The notes under the pieces were generated by a model that was given only the letters and a program-made list of their open reading frames with translations, searched no databases and was not told the origin of the DNA. From assembly GCA_020057405.1 (NCBI GenBank), contig JAGVFW010000004.1, forward strand, positions 32,001 to 96,000: DNA of 64,000 nucleotides, written 5' to 3'. A program made the position numbers and the translations under genes. Positions 35,761 to 45,736 of this stretch are shown piece after piece. This stretch comes from an archaeon (GTDB lineage: Archaea; Micrarchaeota; Micrarchaeia; Norongarragalinales; UBA97). Position 1 is the first letter of the stretch. Each line of letters opens with the position of its first letter.

Positions 35761-36258
35761 CTATTCGCTCAAGTCAAAGTAGGCAACGCCGACAGAGTCG
35801 AACGCTTTTTTCAGGTCGGCGGTCGCCAGGCGCACGCTTTTCGTCTTTAGCCCCGCGTTGAACTCTGAAGTCTCTCGCTCAAGGACTTTGTTGTCAACGA
35901 GAATCGCAAGGTCGTTGGCAAGGCCAAAAGGAGGCACGCCGCCGGGCTCGCAGCCGGTCTGCGAAATGACTTCGTCTTGCGAGGCAAACCGCACGTCATC
36001 AGCCTGCAGAACCGCCTTTGCCTTCTTCCAGTCGAGTTTCTTGTCGGCGGGTAGGTTGAGTATGGTGAAGAACTCACGCTCCTTGCGCTTTACCTTTACT
36101 AGCAGCGACTTTACTCCATTTTCTACTTGCCCGCCCCTGGCGGCAGCCGCCTCGGCACTCGTCCGCGCCGGCTCGTGCTCGATGGCCTCAAAGCTTATGC
36201 CAAGGCTTGAGAAAGTTGAAACGACCTTATCGTACTCTGCTTGCGACATCCGGTTCAC
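35761..36258 (-). CDS. YbaK/ProX aminoacyl-tRNA deacylase family
   Basis: VKSLL, TGCEPGGVPPFG, FNAG. Confidence 0.9.
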   Translation of the reverse strand: MNRMSQAEYDKVVSTFSSLGISFEAIEHEPARTSAEAAAARGGQVENGVKSLLVKVKRKEREFFTILNLPADKKLDWKKAKAVLQADDVRFASQDEVISQTGCEPGGVPPFGLANDLAILVDNKVLERETSEFNAGLKTKSVRLATADLKKAFDSVGVAYFDLSE

Positions 36259-36268
36259 CTGATTCCTA

Positions 36269-36907
36269 TTACTTCGATTTGTTCATCGACTTTGCCAAAA
36301 GCACGGCGCCAACGGCGCCCAAAATTGGGCCAATCCAATAAACTAACTGGTTTGCCCACATTCCAGACGCCAGGGCAGGCCCAAACGCACGCGCGGGGTT
36401 AAGCGCACCGCCAGTAAGCGGGCCGCCGAAAAGGATGCCTAGAGTGATTGTCATGCCGATTGCAAGGGGCGCGAGGACGTTGTTCTTGTCGTAGACTGCT
36501 GAATTGAAGATTACGGTCACTAGGAAGAACGTGAGAATCGCCTCAATTGCTATTGCTGCTGCGAAAGAGACGCTTGGGCCAAGGGCGGGCGTGCCAAGAC
36601 CGGCAGTGCTGCCTGAATTGCCCAAGAGAAACAAGAGTGCGAAGCCAGCAGCGCTTGCCCCGAGCAATTGTGCGCCAAGGTAAGGACCGAGCTTGCCTGC
36701 ACTTAGCTTGCCGGTGACTGCGGCTGCGACTGAAACCGCGGGATTAAAGTGGCCGCCAGAAATTCTTCCGAAGGAAGTTGCCATGACGAAAATTACGAGG
36801 CCGTGGGCAAACGCTATTGCAACCAAGCCGGCGTTTATGGCAACCGAGCCGGCGCCGATGAAAATGAGTGCAAAAGTACCGATGAATTCCGCAACCAAGT
36901 CACGCAT
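36269..36907 (-). CDS. Aquaporin (MIP family)
   Basis: AEFIGTF, SGGHFNPA, LNPARAFGP. Confidence 0.95.
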   Translation of the reverse strand: MRDLVAEFIGTFALIFIGAGSVAINAGLVAIAFAHGLVIFVMATSFGRISGGHFNPAVSVAAAVTGKLSAGKLGPYLGAQLLGASAAGFALLFLLGNSGSTAGLGTPALGPSVSFAAAIAIEAILTFFLVTVIFNSAVYDKNNVLAPLAIGMTITLGILFGGPLTGGALNPARAFGPALASGMWANQLVYWIGPILGAVGAVLLAKSMNKSK

Positions 36908-36941
36908 CACAAAACACCCCGAATTCCAAAATGAACTGAAG

Positions 36942-37067
36942 TCCCGCTGGGGTGATTTGAACACCCAACACCCTGATTTCTGGCAACGACTGGCTTGCAT
37001 TCATCCACTCATGCAAGCGCCAAAGTTGGCTACAGTCAGGTGCTCTGCCAGGTTGAGCTACAGCGGG
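36942..37067 (-). tRNA. tRNA-Tyr(GUA) with 52-nt intron at 37/38 (36978-37029)
   Basis: CCCGCTG/CAGCGGG acceptor, CCTGA-CTGTAG|A-TCAGG arm; intron hairpin GCTTGCAT/ATGCAAGC. Confidence 0.93.
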
Positions 37068-37110
37068 GCAAACGGAAGCGCTTATAAAACAAGACTTCCG
37101 AATAGAGATT

Positions 37111-38655
37111 ATGTTCTCGAAAGATTTTAAACCCGTCATTTTCGCCGCCGTGCTCCTTTTTGCACTTGCAGGGCTTCCTTTCGCTCATGCGGCAAACAAC
37201 ACCAACGGCACCGGCAACAGCACTGGCAACGTGACTGCGACTCCAACACCGACGCCCACTCCCTCAATCTCACCCGTCGAAGAGGCGGCAGCCTACTACC
37301 TCGAGGGCGGGGAGAAAAAGGAAATCAAGGACTTCACCCACCAGGGCGCAAGCTACCACATGCTTATTGTTGACGGTTCTGAGTCCGTGATTTTCGACGC
37401 AAGCGCCAATCCAGTCACCGACGAGGCAAAGGTCAAGGAACTCGCCCAGACTTACGCCGACTCTCTTACCAACCCGTTCAAGCAGGAAAACCTGGACTCG
37501 CTAAAGTCATCGGCTGCGGACCTGAACAAGTCATACACCTACTGCACTCAGGCTTACACAAACTTTACCAAGGGCATCCGCAACTGCTTCCTAGTCATAG
37601 CCGGACACGTGTGGCTGTGCAACTTCGTCTACTATCAGGACCTCGGCCCCATACTCAACTTCAACTACTCGCTAGGCGGGTCGAAAAAGTCAGTGGAATC
37701 TGGCTTCGCGGCAATGAATTCATCAATGCAGGACATCAAAGACGGAGTCACCGCCCTTGACGCCGGCTTCCAGACCTTCGGCCTTATCGACACCTCGGCC
37801 CAGCTTGAAAAAATTGGCCGCGCGGGATCGAACTTCAGGGCCGGCTACCAGACGTTCCTATCGGGGCACAATAACCTGCTGACCACCTACGAGTTTGCAA
37901 GCGACGGCGGGCTGAACCGCTGCGCAATCGCCACAAGCGCAATCTCAACCATAGAGTCAAGCGGGGCAATGGCCGCAAGCGTGCCTAACCCCTCTGCAAT
38001 GACCGCAAAAATAATTGAATTCACCTCAACTCGAAGCTCTGTTGCCGCAAAAGCAAAGCGGGTGAGCGGCCTCGCGAGCAAGCTCGCCGCATTCGAGGCA
38101 AAGCTCGTGACATTCAAGGCAGGATTTACTCCAGTAAGCGGGCTTGACCCGACCTACTTCAACAACGCCGACACGACGCTAAAGTCCATGCTTGAAAAAG
38201 TCAAGACTGGAAACGACACGGACAACAGCGCAAAAGCATTTGACGAAAAAATGGCTGAAGTCGACGCCGCCATGAACCGCTCGCTTGCCCTGCTCCCGGC
38301 CTACGCCTCAAGCGATACATCCATCAACAACGCCACGATCGTAGTGGGTGACGCAGTGCGAAAATTCGGCACTACCGACCCGCGCGTCACAAGCGCCCAA
38401 ATGGAACTCCAGTCGATAAAGAAGTCGTTCGAGCTAAAGGAAGCCGACCTGAAGGCAGGCAGGCCAGTTACAAAAGCCGACTTCGAAGCAATACAATCCA
38501 ACTCAACTGCATTGAGCGGCAAGCTGACGGGCTTGGGCCGGATAGAAAACGAGCTCGACTTCGTGACAATAGGCGGCGCAATCCTCCTGCTCATCGTCCT
38601 TGGCGGCGGAATCTGGTTCCTCCGCCGCATGCGCCAACGCCAATCAGGGCTTTAA
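37111..38655 (+). CDS. Exported helical surface glycoprotein with C-terminal TM anchor
   Basis: Signal peptide, NxT/S cluster, TPTPTP linker, C-terminal TM plus RRMR. Confidence 0.75.
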   Translation: MFSKDFKPVIFAAVLLFALAGLPFAHAANNTNGTGNSTGNVTATPTPTPTPSISPVEEAAAYYLEGGEKKEIKDFTHQGASYHMLIVDGSESVIFDASANPVTDEAKVKELAQTYADSLTNPFKQENLDSLKSSAADLNKSYTYCTQAYTNFTKGIRNCFLVIAGHVWLCNFVYYQDLGPILNFNYSLGGSKKSVESGFAAMNSSMQDIKDGVTALDAGFQTFGLIDTSAQLEKIGRAGSNFRAGYQTFLSGHNNLLTTYEFASDGGLNRCAIATSAISTIESSGAMAASVPNPSAMTAKIIEFTSTRSSVAAKAKRVSGLASKLAAFEAKLVTFKAGFTPVSGLDPTYFNNADTTLKSMLEKVKTGNDTDNSAKAFDEKMAEVDAAMNRSLALLPAYASSDTSINNATIVVGDAVRKFGTTDPRVTSAQMELQSIKKSFELKEADLKAGRPVTKADFEAIQSNSTALSGKLTGLGRIENELDFVTIGGAILLLIVLGGGIWFLRRMRQRQSGL

Positions 38656-39072
38656 CAAGCGCCCTGCATCCCCGATTACTTTACGGTGGTCAAAGGCAAC
38701 CTTGGCCGGCAGTCGATTAAGCGGAAAGAACTTGACTTCGCTAGTCTCGTCGCTCGTGCGCGCAGTGCCGCCGATGATGCTGACGATGAACGCCACCGCC
38801 ACAGTCTGGCGGTTGTCCCGCTTGGGCTCGCTGTAAACGCCCACAAACTTCTTGATGCGGCCCCGAAAGCCCGTCTCTTCGTAAAGCTCGCGCAGGGCCG
38901 CGGCCTCGCACGTCTCGCCAAGCTGCATGATGCCACCCGGAAGGCACCACCAGCCGGCGAACTTCTCGTGCGGCCCGTCACGCCGCTTCACCATAAGCAC
39001 TTTTCCGTCCCTTATCACCACGGGATCGCAGGCCACTACCCTCGCCAGCTTGAACACACCATGAAAGTCCAT
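38644..39072 (-). CDS. Nudix hydrolase
   Basis: GG.....ETCEAAALRELYEETG Nudix box. Confidence 0.93.
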   Translation of the reverse strand: MDFHGVFKLARVVACDPVVIRDGKVLMVKRRDGPHEKFAGWWCLPGGIMQLGETCEAAALRELYEETGFRGRIKKFVGVYSEPKRDNRQTVAVAFIVSIIGGTARTSDETSEVKFFPLNRLPAKVAFDHRKVIGDAGRLLKP

Positions 39073-39162
39073 GGAAATAAAACGCGGGCACGGCTAATAA
39101 GATTTGGTGAACGCGAAGAAACCGTTTGGTGAAACTCTGAAAAACGCGAACCCGCTTTTTGA

Positions 39163-39286
39163 TGAAACTTTTTGCTTTCCGACCGGGCAAAGCCTTCGGC
39201 TTTGCTGGTCCTGCAAACGCGTAGCGTTTGCCCGGAGCACCGAGCCGCTCCGAGCGGGAGGCGCGCAGGAAAGCGAAAAAGTTTCA
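39163..39286. ncRNA. Multi-stem structured element (ncRNA or MITE/REP-like) abutting tRNA-Pro 3' end
   Basis: 18-bp terminal stem (one bulge) enclosing three hairpins. Confidence 0.55.
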
Positions 39287-39287
39287 G

Positions 39288-39360
39288 TGGGGGGTCCGCG
39301 ATTTGAACGCGGATCACCAGCTCCCAAAGCTGGTAGGATGCCAGGTTACCCCAACCCCCC
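39288..39360 (-). tRNA. tRNA-Pro(UGG), no intron
   Basis: GGGGGGT/ACCCCCC acceptor, CCAGC-TTTGGGA-GCTGG, CCGCG-TTCAAAT-CGCGG. Confidence 0.95.
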
Positions 39361-39463
39361 GCAAAAGGATTATGCACAAAGCCGGTTATTAGCGTTCGGC
39401 CATGTGCTTCGCTAAGAATGTGAAAAAACCCGAATGGGCCCGCAGAGGCCCCCCTTTCCGGGT

Positions 39464-39700
39464 TTACTCTTTTGGCGCGCTGCCGGACTTCACAGTGCGG
39501 CTTGCAGTCGCACCGATTGTAGTCTGTGGCGAGTAAGCGCCGCCGGCGAACTTAACGCCGCAGGCACGGCATTTCCAAATGCCTGCGCCTTCGCGCTTGA
39601 CGGCCTTCTTGCCGCACTTGGTGCAGGCGTGGCGTCCGCGTGAAAGGGCGGTTACTGCGCTCTCGCGCTCACGAATCTTTTTTCCGTACCGTGAAACCAT
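39464..39700 (-). CDS. rpl37ae: 50S ribosomal protein L37ae (eL43)
   Basis: RYG, CTKC...GIWKCRAC..FAGGAY. Confidence 0.95.
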   Translation of the reverse strand: MVSRYGKKIRERESAVTALSRGRHACTKCGKKAVKREGAGIWKCRACGVKFAGGAYSPQTTIGATASRTVKSGSAPKE

Positions 39701-39714
39701 TCAAACCCAACCCC

Positions 39715-40491
39715 CTATACGTATCTCAAGAGTTCCTTGCCCTTATTTAGCGCAATGTCGGCAAGCTCCACGAGCTTCTCGCGCTTTAGTCCAAGCGAGC
39801 CGCTCTTTTGGCCCGCGCAGATGAAGCCGTCGCTGCTCGTGGAAATGGTGACCATGCCCTCGCTTGCGACTTCCTCCTCGTTAGTAGCGTCAATGAGCGG
39901 AACGCCGTTGACGAAGGTAAAGGTCGTCGGCATCGCCATTCGGGCGAGCTTGAGGTTGCCGCTTGACTCGCTGCGCACAAGCAAGTTGTTCTCCATCTTG
40001 GGAACGCGCGTGGTCGACAGGGCCGCCATGGCAGCCAATCCGGCGGCGTCAGTCAAGTCGCCGTTGTGGTCAAGCACGTACAAGTCGATGTAAACGCCGA
40101 GGACTTTGCCCTCGATGCCCGTCTCCGAAAGGCCCTTGATGTCGACTACGTCGGCGCTTCGGATGCCCCGGTCAATTACACGGGCAAGCTCGATGCTCTT
40201 CTCATTTGGCGGGCCGGCTTCAAACTCTGGGTGCGCCATCGGGGAAAACTCGGAGTTGAAAATGACTACGCCCTCGTTGGGCCGGTCGGCAAAAGGCGTC
40301 ATCAAGTCAAGCTTGACCCCAGCGAGCACTTTGGTGTCGCCAATGTGCGCAAGCGCGCTGCCTTCGGCGTTCGGGATGATGCCCGTCTGCACGCTAATCG
40401 GCCGGTAGTCAAGCATGCCTCGGTTGTCCGCACGCTTGCCGTTCTTGATGAGATCCTTGATGTAATCTTGTTTTACTTCGTCTACGATCAT
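39715..40491 (-). CDS. rrp42: Exosome subunit Rrp42
   Basis: NAEGSA..IGDT.V.AGVK, IELARVIDRGIR. Confidence 0.94.
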   Translation of the reverse strand: MIVDEVKQDYIKDLIKNGKRADNRGMLDYRPISVQTGIIPNAEGSALAHIGDTKVLAGVKLDLMTPFADRPNEGVVIFNSEFSPMAHPEFEAGPPNEKSIELARVIDRGIRSADVVDIKGLSETGIEGKVLGVYIDLYVLDHNGDLTDAAGLAAMAALSTTRVPKMENNLLVRSESSGNLKLARMAMPTTFTFVNGVPLIDATNEEEVASEGMVTISTSSDGFICAGQKSGSLGLKREKLVELADIALNKGKELLRYV

Positions 40492-40511
40492 CTTGTCTTC
40501 AACTCCTACCC

Positions 40512-41246
40512 TTAACCGGTTTCGGCCTGCTCTGCAGTGCCGTATTTTGCCTTGAGCGCTTCAAGTTGCAGCTCGCGGACCTTCTTGCTTGCCTCAAAGG
40601 CCATGTCGAGGCCCTTTGCAAGCTCGTCGCGCGTGAGCATGCCGTCCATCTGCCAGAGGACTATCTCGCCGGTGCGGTGAGAAAAGCCGACTGGCATGTC
40701 GCTGGAGCCGAAGTTGTCCTCGTCCTTGTCGAGATCGACGACAATCCGGCCCTCGATCTTGCCAACCGACACGGGGCTGACGAGGTCACGCATTGGAATG
40801 CCGGCGTCGACTAGCGCCAGGCTCGCTGCAGTCAGTGCCGCAACGCGCGTGCCGCCGTCGCTTTGTATGACTTCGGTGCTGATGTCAACTGAAGTCTTCG
40901 GGAACTGGTTTACCAGCACAAGATTCTCAAAAACGTGCTTGAGGACTTTCGAGATTTCAATGCTCCTGCGATTGGGCCCGGCGCGCCCGTGCTCCTCCAT
41001 CGAGCAGAAGGGCGCCATGACGTAGCGGAAGCTGATGCGGGCCTTGTGCGGGTTGGTCTGGTGCTTTGGGAAAACTTCCCTCGGGCCGTAAACTGCGGCA
41101 ATCACTTTATTCTTGCCCCACTCGACCATCGCGCTGCCGTTGGCCTGCTTTAGGATGCCGACAGACATTGAGAGCGGCCGCAAGTCCACATCGGACCTGC
41201 CGCTAAGGCGCTTTCCGTCGTCGCCCAATAGTTTCTTTTCAGTCAT
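40512..41246 (-). CDS. rrp41: Exosome subunit Rrp41
   Basis: AAVYGPRE, RRSIEISKV, QSDGGTR, QMDG. Confidence 0.95.
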   Translation of the reverse strand: MTEKKLLGDDGKRLSGRSDVDLRPLSMSVGILKQANGSAMVEWGKNKVIAAVYGPREVFPKHQTNPHKARISFRYVMAPFCSMEEHGRAGPNRRSIEISKVLKHVFENLVLVNQFPKTSVDISTEVIQSDGGTRVAALTAASLALVDAGIPMRDLVSPVSVGKIEGRIVVDLDKDEDNFGSSDMPVGFSHRTGEIVLWQMDGMLTRDELAKGLDMAFEASKKVRELQLEALKAKYGTAEQAETG

Positions 41247-41263
41247 TTTCAAATCAACTCCTT

Positions 41264-41890
41264 TTAAACGCTAGATTCTGGGGATGCCTTCTTGCCCGTC
41301 GCCGCCTCGAGGAACTCGCGCATGCGGTCGGTAAGGCCAGGCGTGTGGGCCTCGGCGTCAATCTTCATTATCGCCATCGACGCGAGCGTCGTGTTGCCGC
41401 CGCGAAGGTAAATGCGGCCATTTTTCCCGATGAAGAGGTCGCATCCGGTAAAGTCGCGGATCATCGCAAGCATGCTGCCGTTTTTCCCGATGATTCTGGG
41501 GACCTTGACGTAATCCACTTCAAGGATGGTGCCGCCGGAGAACTTGCGGGGCTCGACGAGGGTCGCCGCGTGAACCTCGTTTACTTCGGCCACTTTCGCG
41601 CTGATGACGTCGCCGACCGCGAAAGCCTCGCGCGTCTCGCGGTTGCTGAAGTTGCCCTCGTAAGGCGAGTGCAGCTCGACTATGTAGCCGGAAAACTTCT
41701 CGACGATGACGATGCCGACAACATAGTCGCCGGGAACGGGCAGGTAGTGGCCCTTAAGGGGGACGAAGCGGTCGTCGCGAACTAGGCCCATCACGCTTGC
41801 GTAGGTGCGCCCGTCGTCAACGAAAGTGCCCTCCAAGTCCAGTGGTTTTTCAAACAACTGCTCGCCGGGCGAGATTATTTTTTGCATCAT
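41264..41890 (-). CDS. rrp4: Exosome RNA-binding subunit Rrp4
   Basis: Y.P..GD.V.G S1 domain; KVPRIIGKNGSM KH; EAH..GLTD. Confidence 0.92.
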   Translation of the reverse strand: MMQKIISPGEQLFEKPLDLEGTFVDDGRTYASVMGLVRDDRFVPLKGHYLPVPGDYVVGIVIVEKFSGYIVELHSPYEGNFSNRETREAFAVGDVISAKVAEVNEVHAATLVEPRKFSGGTILEVDYVKVPRIIGKNGSMLAMIRDFTGCDLFIGKNGRIYLRGGNTTLASMAIMKIDAEAHTPGLTDRMREFLEAATGKKASPESSV

Positions 41891-41906
41891 TGTTCCAATC
41901 AACTCC

Positions 41907-42599
41907 TCATTCAAGCGCTTTAGTCTCAATCCGGCCCTGCGTCAACTTGTTGAGCCGGTCGTAAAATTGATTCGTGATTCCTGCAGGCATTTCGCACACG
42001 ACCGCCAATGACCCGTCACCGAGCCACTCCTCGCGCTGCAAGCCGTACTCCTTTAGTACGCCGTAAACTTTTGGCGCAAATTCGGCTGGCACTTTTACCG
42101 CCACCTTCGCCTTTGCAACGCTTATCGGGATTATCTCGCGAATCTCTTCAATCGCCGCTTCCATCTGCTCCTCAGCGCTCTTGAAAGCCTCGATGCCGAA
42201 CTTGGCTTCCTCAAGCGCTTTTTCAATGCGGGCAGGCGGGTGGGGCGCTTTCGTGCGCGGGTCAACGCAATTCCTTGCGATGAGCTCGATTAACTTGAGG
42301 CGCTTTTCCTCAATGTGCTTTCGGCGCTGGTCGGTGGTAAGCTGCAGTTCGCCCTCGGCGAAAATGCGGGCCGCGATTGGCGCGAACTCCTCGGTACCGA
42401 AAGTCTTTTTCAGCGCGGCTGAAGTCTGCCTCTCGCCTTTTTTCGCGTCTTTAAACACTTCGTCGACTAGGACTACATTGTCGAAGTCCTTCTTCACGCC
42501 GGTTTTGAAGTCGTAGGCGAGCTTGGGGTCGACGATGATTTCGAACCGCTCGTTGGCCTTCTCAAGCCGGGCTACTATGGTATTTTCGATGCCGCTCAT
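41907..42599 (-). CDS. Ribosome assembly factor SBDS/Sdo1
   Basis: [29 protein letters not shown]. Confidence 0.94.
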   Translation of the reverse strand: MSGIENTIVARLEKANERFEIIVDPKLAYDFKTGVKKDFDNVVLVDEVFKDAKKGERQTSAALKKTFGTEEFAPIAARIFAEGELQLTTDQRRKHIEEKRLKLIELIARNCVDPRTKAPHPPARIEKALEEAKFGIEAFKSAEEQMEAAIEEIREIIPISVAKAKVAVKVPAEFAPKVYGVLKEYGLQREEWLGDGSLAVVCEMPAGITNQFYDRLNKLTQGRIETKALE

Positions 42600-42637
42600 A
42601 ATCCCACCTTGGGGGGAGCGGAAAGCAGGGAGAAGAG

Positions 42638-43354
42638 TTACTTCTCGCCCAGGAGCTTTGCGACTTCCGGCTGCGACAGGACTTCCGCCTTGCCGGTCTT
42701 AAGGTCGATGCGCGCCAAGTCAACCATGCGCGAAGTGAGTTTAGACTCAACTACCTTGCGCAAAGCCTTGACTGCAAGCTCCATGCCTTCCTGGGCACTC
42801 ATGCTTTCCTTGTATTCTTTTTCAAACATTTCCTCAACGGCCTTCTTGCCCGCCCCAATGGCGGTGGCCTTGTACTCGAAGAGCGCCCCGCTCGGGTCGG
42901 TCTCAAAAATCTTTCCTGCGCCGCTAGTCACCCCAGCGATGAGAATCGAGACGCCGTATGGCCGGACGCCTCCGTACTGCGTGTAAAACTGGATGTGATC
43001 GCCCACTTCCTTCGCCATGGCCTCGATTGGCATTGGCTCGTTGTAAAGCATGCGGTGGCGCTGTGAAATCAGGCGCGCGAAGTCAATGAGCTTGCGGGCG
43101 TCGGCAACGAGGCCGCTTGAAGCCGCTGCAGTGTGGCTGTCAATTAAGTAAATCTTCTCGTGGCTGTCGCCCACCATCAGGGGCGATGAAATGCGCTTGT
43201 GGGCCGCGAGCACGATGCCGTCCTTGCAGACAAGGGCGATGCTCGTGCTGCCGGTCTTGACCGCCTCGCGGGCGTACTCCACTTGGAAGAGACGGCCGTC
43301 AGGCGAAAAGACGGTAATTGCACGGTCATAAGCTGCTTGCGACGGAGGATACAT
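42638..43354 (-). CDS. psmA: Proteasome alpha subunit
   Basis: [20 protein letters not shown]. Confidence 0.97.
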   Translation of the reverse strand: MYPPSQAAYDRAITVFSPDGRLFQVEYAREAVKTGSTSIALVCKDGIVLAAHKRISSPLMVGDSHEKIYLIDSHTAAASSGLVADARKLIDFARLISQRHRMLYNEPMPIEAMAKEVGDHIQFYTQYGGVRPYGVSILIAGVTSGAGKIFETDPSGALFEYKATAIGAGKKAVEEMFEKEYKESMSAQEGMELAVKALRKVVESKLTSRMVDLARIDLKTGKAEVLSQPEVAKLLGEK

Positions 43355-43467
43355 AATCAAGCCACCTCAAACTACGAGCCCGCCACGCAGGGTCGGGTCG
43401 ATCGTATTTTTAAACTCTGAAATAAGTTTGCCAAAACACCTTATTAATGCTTCCTGAAAAGAGGGGA

Positions 43468-43812
43468 TTATGCTCCGGGTTTGGCCACGCCACGCCTTCC
43501 TGAAACGCCTGGGGTCAGCTTGCCAATCATGCCGCTGATGAGCTTTAAGCGCAGGGCAATCGGCGAGCCGCGGAACTCGGTCTTTGCGGCAACTGCGGTG
43601 ATGACGAAGTCAAGCTGCGAGGTGGCGCACTTGATTACAAGCTCCTGCCTCGCGTCGTCAAACAATTTTGCCGAAACAACCGCCTTTGCCGCACCCTCTT
43701 CCCCAAGGAGGCCGAAGACCGCCTCGTAGACTGCGTGCTTGGCTTCCTCGGCCGACAGCCTGCGCGGGCACTCGATTTGCAAAAGCAAGTAGCGCTTCTT
43801 TTCGGAAACCAT
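43468..43812 (-). CDS. RNase P protein Pop5/Rpp14
   Basis: EKKRYL, ISGMI; superoperon context. Confidence 0.82.
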   Translation of the reverse strand: MVSEKKRYLLLQIECPRRLSAEEAKHAVYEAVFGLLGEEGAAKAVVSAKLFDDARQELVIKCATSQLDFVITAVAAKTEFRGSPIALRLKLISGMIGKLTPGVSGRRGVAKPGA

Positions 43813-43813
43813 T

Positions 43814-44392
43814 TTAGTTTTTCACCGGCTTTGACTTCGAATACCACCTTGCGAACGCTGCGAATGCCTTTGAGCGCGAGCTGTTGGCAAGCTTGGCGGC
43901 AACAGACATCTGCGAGTAGGCCTTCTTGCCACCTGCGGGGATGAAGACCGGGTCGTAAGCGAGTTTTTCGTGGTGCGCAGCGGGACCCTTTGAAAGCGGC
44001 ACGCGGCCGTCAGTGCGGCCTGCGAAAACCCTCGGCTTGCGGCCCTGCTCTGCAAACGCGACGACGGTTTCGAAGTGCGCTTTTCGGTTCGTTCCTGCCG
44101 CCATCTTGAGCACGCCGTCAAGGCCGATAGTCTGCATCACCCACTTGCTGTAGGGGCCGGGAAAATTGCCCCAAGAGTCAAGGAAAAATCCCGTGTCCTC
44201 GACGACAACAGGCGCGCGAAGGATTTTTGCCGCGTGGATGGCTTTTGCAGAAGCGATTTTGGCAATGCTGTCGGATTGGAGTTCCTCTAGCTCGATTGCT
44301 TTTTGGACAACTGAAATGCCGAACCGCTTGAGAACCGCGCTGGCCTCGGAAAACTTGCCGCCGTTACTCGTTGCGAAAGTGACGCGCTTCAT
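43814..44392 (-). CDS. rdgB: Non-canonical purine NTP pyrophosphatase (Ham1/RdgB)
   Basis: FATSNGGK..E, ELQ, EDTG, FPGPYS, YDPVF. Confidence 0.92.
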   Translation of the reverse strand: MKRVTFATSNGGKFSEASAVLKRFGISVVQKAIELEELQSDSIAKIASAKAIHAAKILRAPVVVEDTGFFLDSWGNFPGPYSKWVMQTIGLDGVLKMAAGTNRKAHFETVVAFAEQGRKPRVFAGRTDGRVPLSKGPAAHHEKLAYDPVFIPAGGKKAYSQMSVAAKLANSSRSKAFAAFARWYSKSKPVKN

Positions 44393-44946
44393 TCGAGTCC
44401 CTCCAACAACTTTTGCGGCGTTTTTGAAATCGCTGCTGAAGCCTGCTCGGGCGAAATGCCATAGAAGACGCCGATGGCAATGACTTCGCGCGGGGACTTC
44501 AGCTCGAAAGCCGTTTGCGCCCCCGATGTGAAGACGAATGGCGCTTTGAACTTGAGGCACAGGCGCAGGAAAGCGCGCACTTGGGAAACGAGCTTGGCGC
44601 GGTAGACGAACTTGCTTGAAAGAAACGCGCGGACGGGAATCTCGAATGCTAGGGGCGCGTTCCTTGCCGCCTCGCCAACCGCCCGCACGAGGCCGTCGTC
44701 TTTTTGGAATTTGGGTACCTTAAGCGGGTTGACTAGGAGAAGGCCGGCGTCTCGCTTGCACGCGGCGCGCAATAGCTCGGAGTTTGTTGACTCGACAGCG
44801 TTCACTCCCGTTGACGGGAGGCGCTTTAGGTCCTTGGCAGTTGCTAGTGAGAGTGAAAAAGCGGGTTTGGCGTAAGAAAAACCCAGTTCGCTTGCGCGGG
44901 ATTCAAGCTCCGCGCTTGCGAGATTCAAGTCGTTAAAGGAAGTCAT
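44389..44946 (-). CDS. RNase P protein Rpp30 (shortened)
   Basis: LAFEIP, PFVFTSGA...ELKSPRE; context. Confidence 0.8.
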   Translation of the reverse strand: MTSFNDLNLASAELESRASELGFSYAKPAFSLSLATAKDLKRLPSTGVNAVESTNSELLRAACKRDAGLLLVNPLKVPKFQKDDGLVRAVGEAARNAPLAFEIPVRAFLSSKFVYRAKLVSQVRAFLRLCLKFKAPFVFTSGAQTAFELKSPREVIAIGVFYGISPEQASAAISKTPQKLLEGLE

Positions 44947-45419
44947 TTGGTTGCCTTTGCCGAAGCGGTCTTTGCGGCCGGTGCAGAAACTTTCCTGACT
45001 AATGGCTTGTGAGACTGCTTGAGGCACATGATGACTTCGTAGTACTCGTGCGTGCCGTCTTTTCCGGCAAAGTAGGAGCCTACCACGCGCATGTTGATGT
45101 GGCCGCGCGCGGCACGCTGCTCTGCGAGCCACTGCTTGCTGTAAGCGGGAGAGACGCGCTTCTGGTTCTTGCCCGACTTTCGGCCAAGCTTCGCCTTGCG
45201 CCTGATGCGCCTGCCCTTCGGCGTGCGCACGCGCACGATGACGAACTCCTTCTTGGCCTTGTAGCCAAGCGCGCGGGCACGCGGGATGTTGGAGGGACCC
45301 GTTGCGCGGGCGACGGTGGAGCCTGACTTCCAGGCAGACACTCTCGCGCGATAAGCATCACTGCGTGTGGCCATCGACTTGGCCATTGACTTCGTCATCA
45401 TCGAGTAAGCACTTTCCAA
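44943..45419 (-). CDS. rpl15e: 50S ribosomal protein L15e
   Basis: RARALGYKAK, AEQRAAR, SYFAGKDG.H.YYEVI. Confidence 0.93.
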   Translation of the reverse strand: MESAYSMMTKSMAKSMATRSDAYRARVSAWKSGSTVARATGPSNIPRARALGYKAKKEFVIVRVRTPKGRRIRRKAKLGRKSGKNQKRVSPAYSKQWLAEQRAARGHINMRVVGSYFAGKDGTHEYYEVIMCLKQSHKPLVRKVSAPAAKTASAKATK

Positions 45420-45502
45420 AGAGTATCACCTGCTGCAAAATAACTAGTGCGCAAGAGTTTTATTGAAGAAAGCGCTTTTATATTCATACGGTGAGGGATC
45501 AA

Positions 45503-45706
45503 ATGAGGGTAAAATTGGGTAACGGCATTACCGCCGGACTCCAAGAGGATTTTCCGAAAGGCTGCACGGTTGCTCAAGTGATGGGGCTAAAGGGCCTTAA
45601 CGGCACTACGGTGATTGCAGTGCTTAACGGCGCTGTGGCGCACCCGGACACCGCCCTTAAGGAAGGCGACGAGCTCGAGCTTGTTGGCGTCATCTACGGC
45701 GGTTAA
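45503..45706 (+). CDS. ThiS/MoaD-like sulfur carrier (SAMP/TtuB)
   Basis: Beta-grasp size, NG...L.EGD.L, C-terminal GG. Confidence 0.88.
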   Translation: MRVKLGNGITAGLQEDFPKGCTVAQVMGLKGLNGTTVIAVLNGAVAHPDTALKEGDELELVGVIYGG

Positions 45707-45736
45707 AAGCCTTCACGGGCAAGAGTGTTACTGCCT

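Noticed and set aside
39104-39415. ORFs called across the structured element and tRNA-Pro
   Set aside because: They overlap a clear tRNA and palindromic non-coding sequence; no protein-like features.
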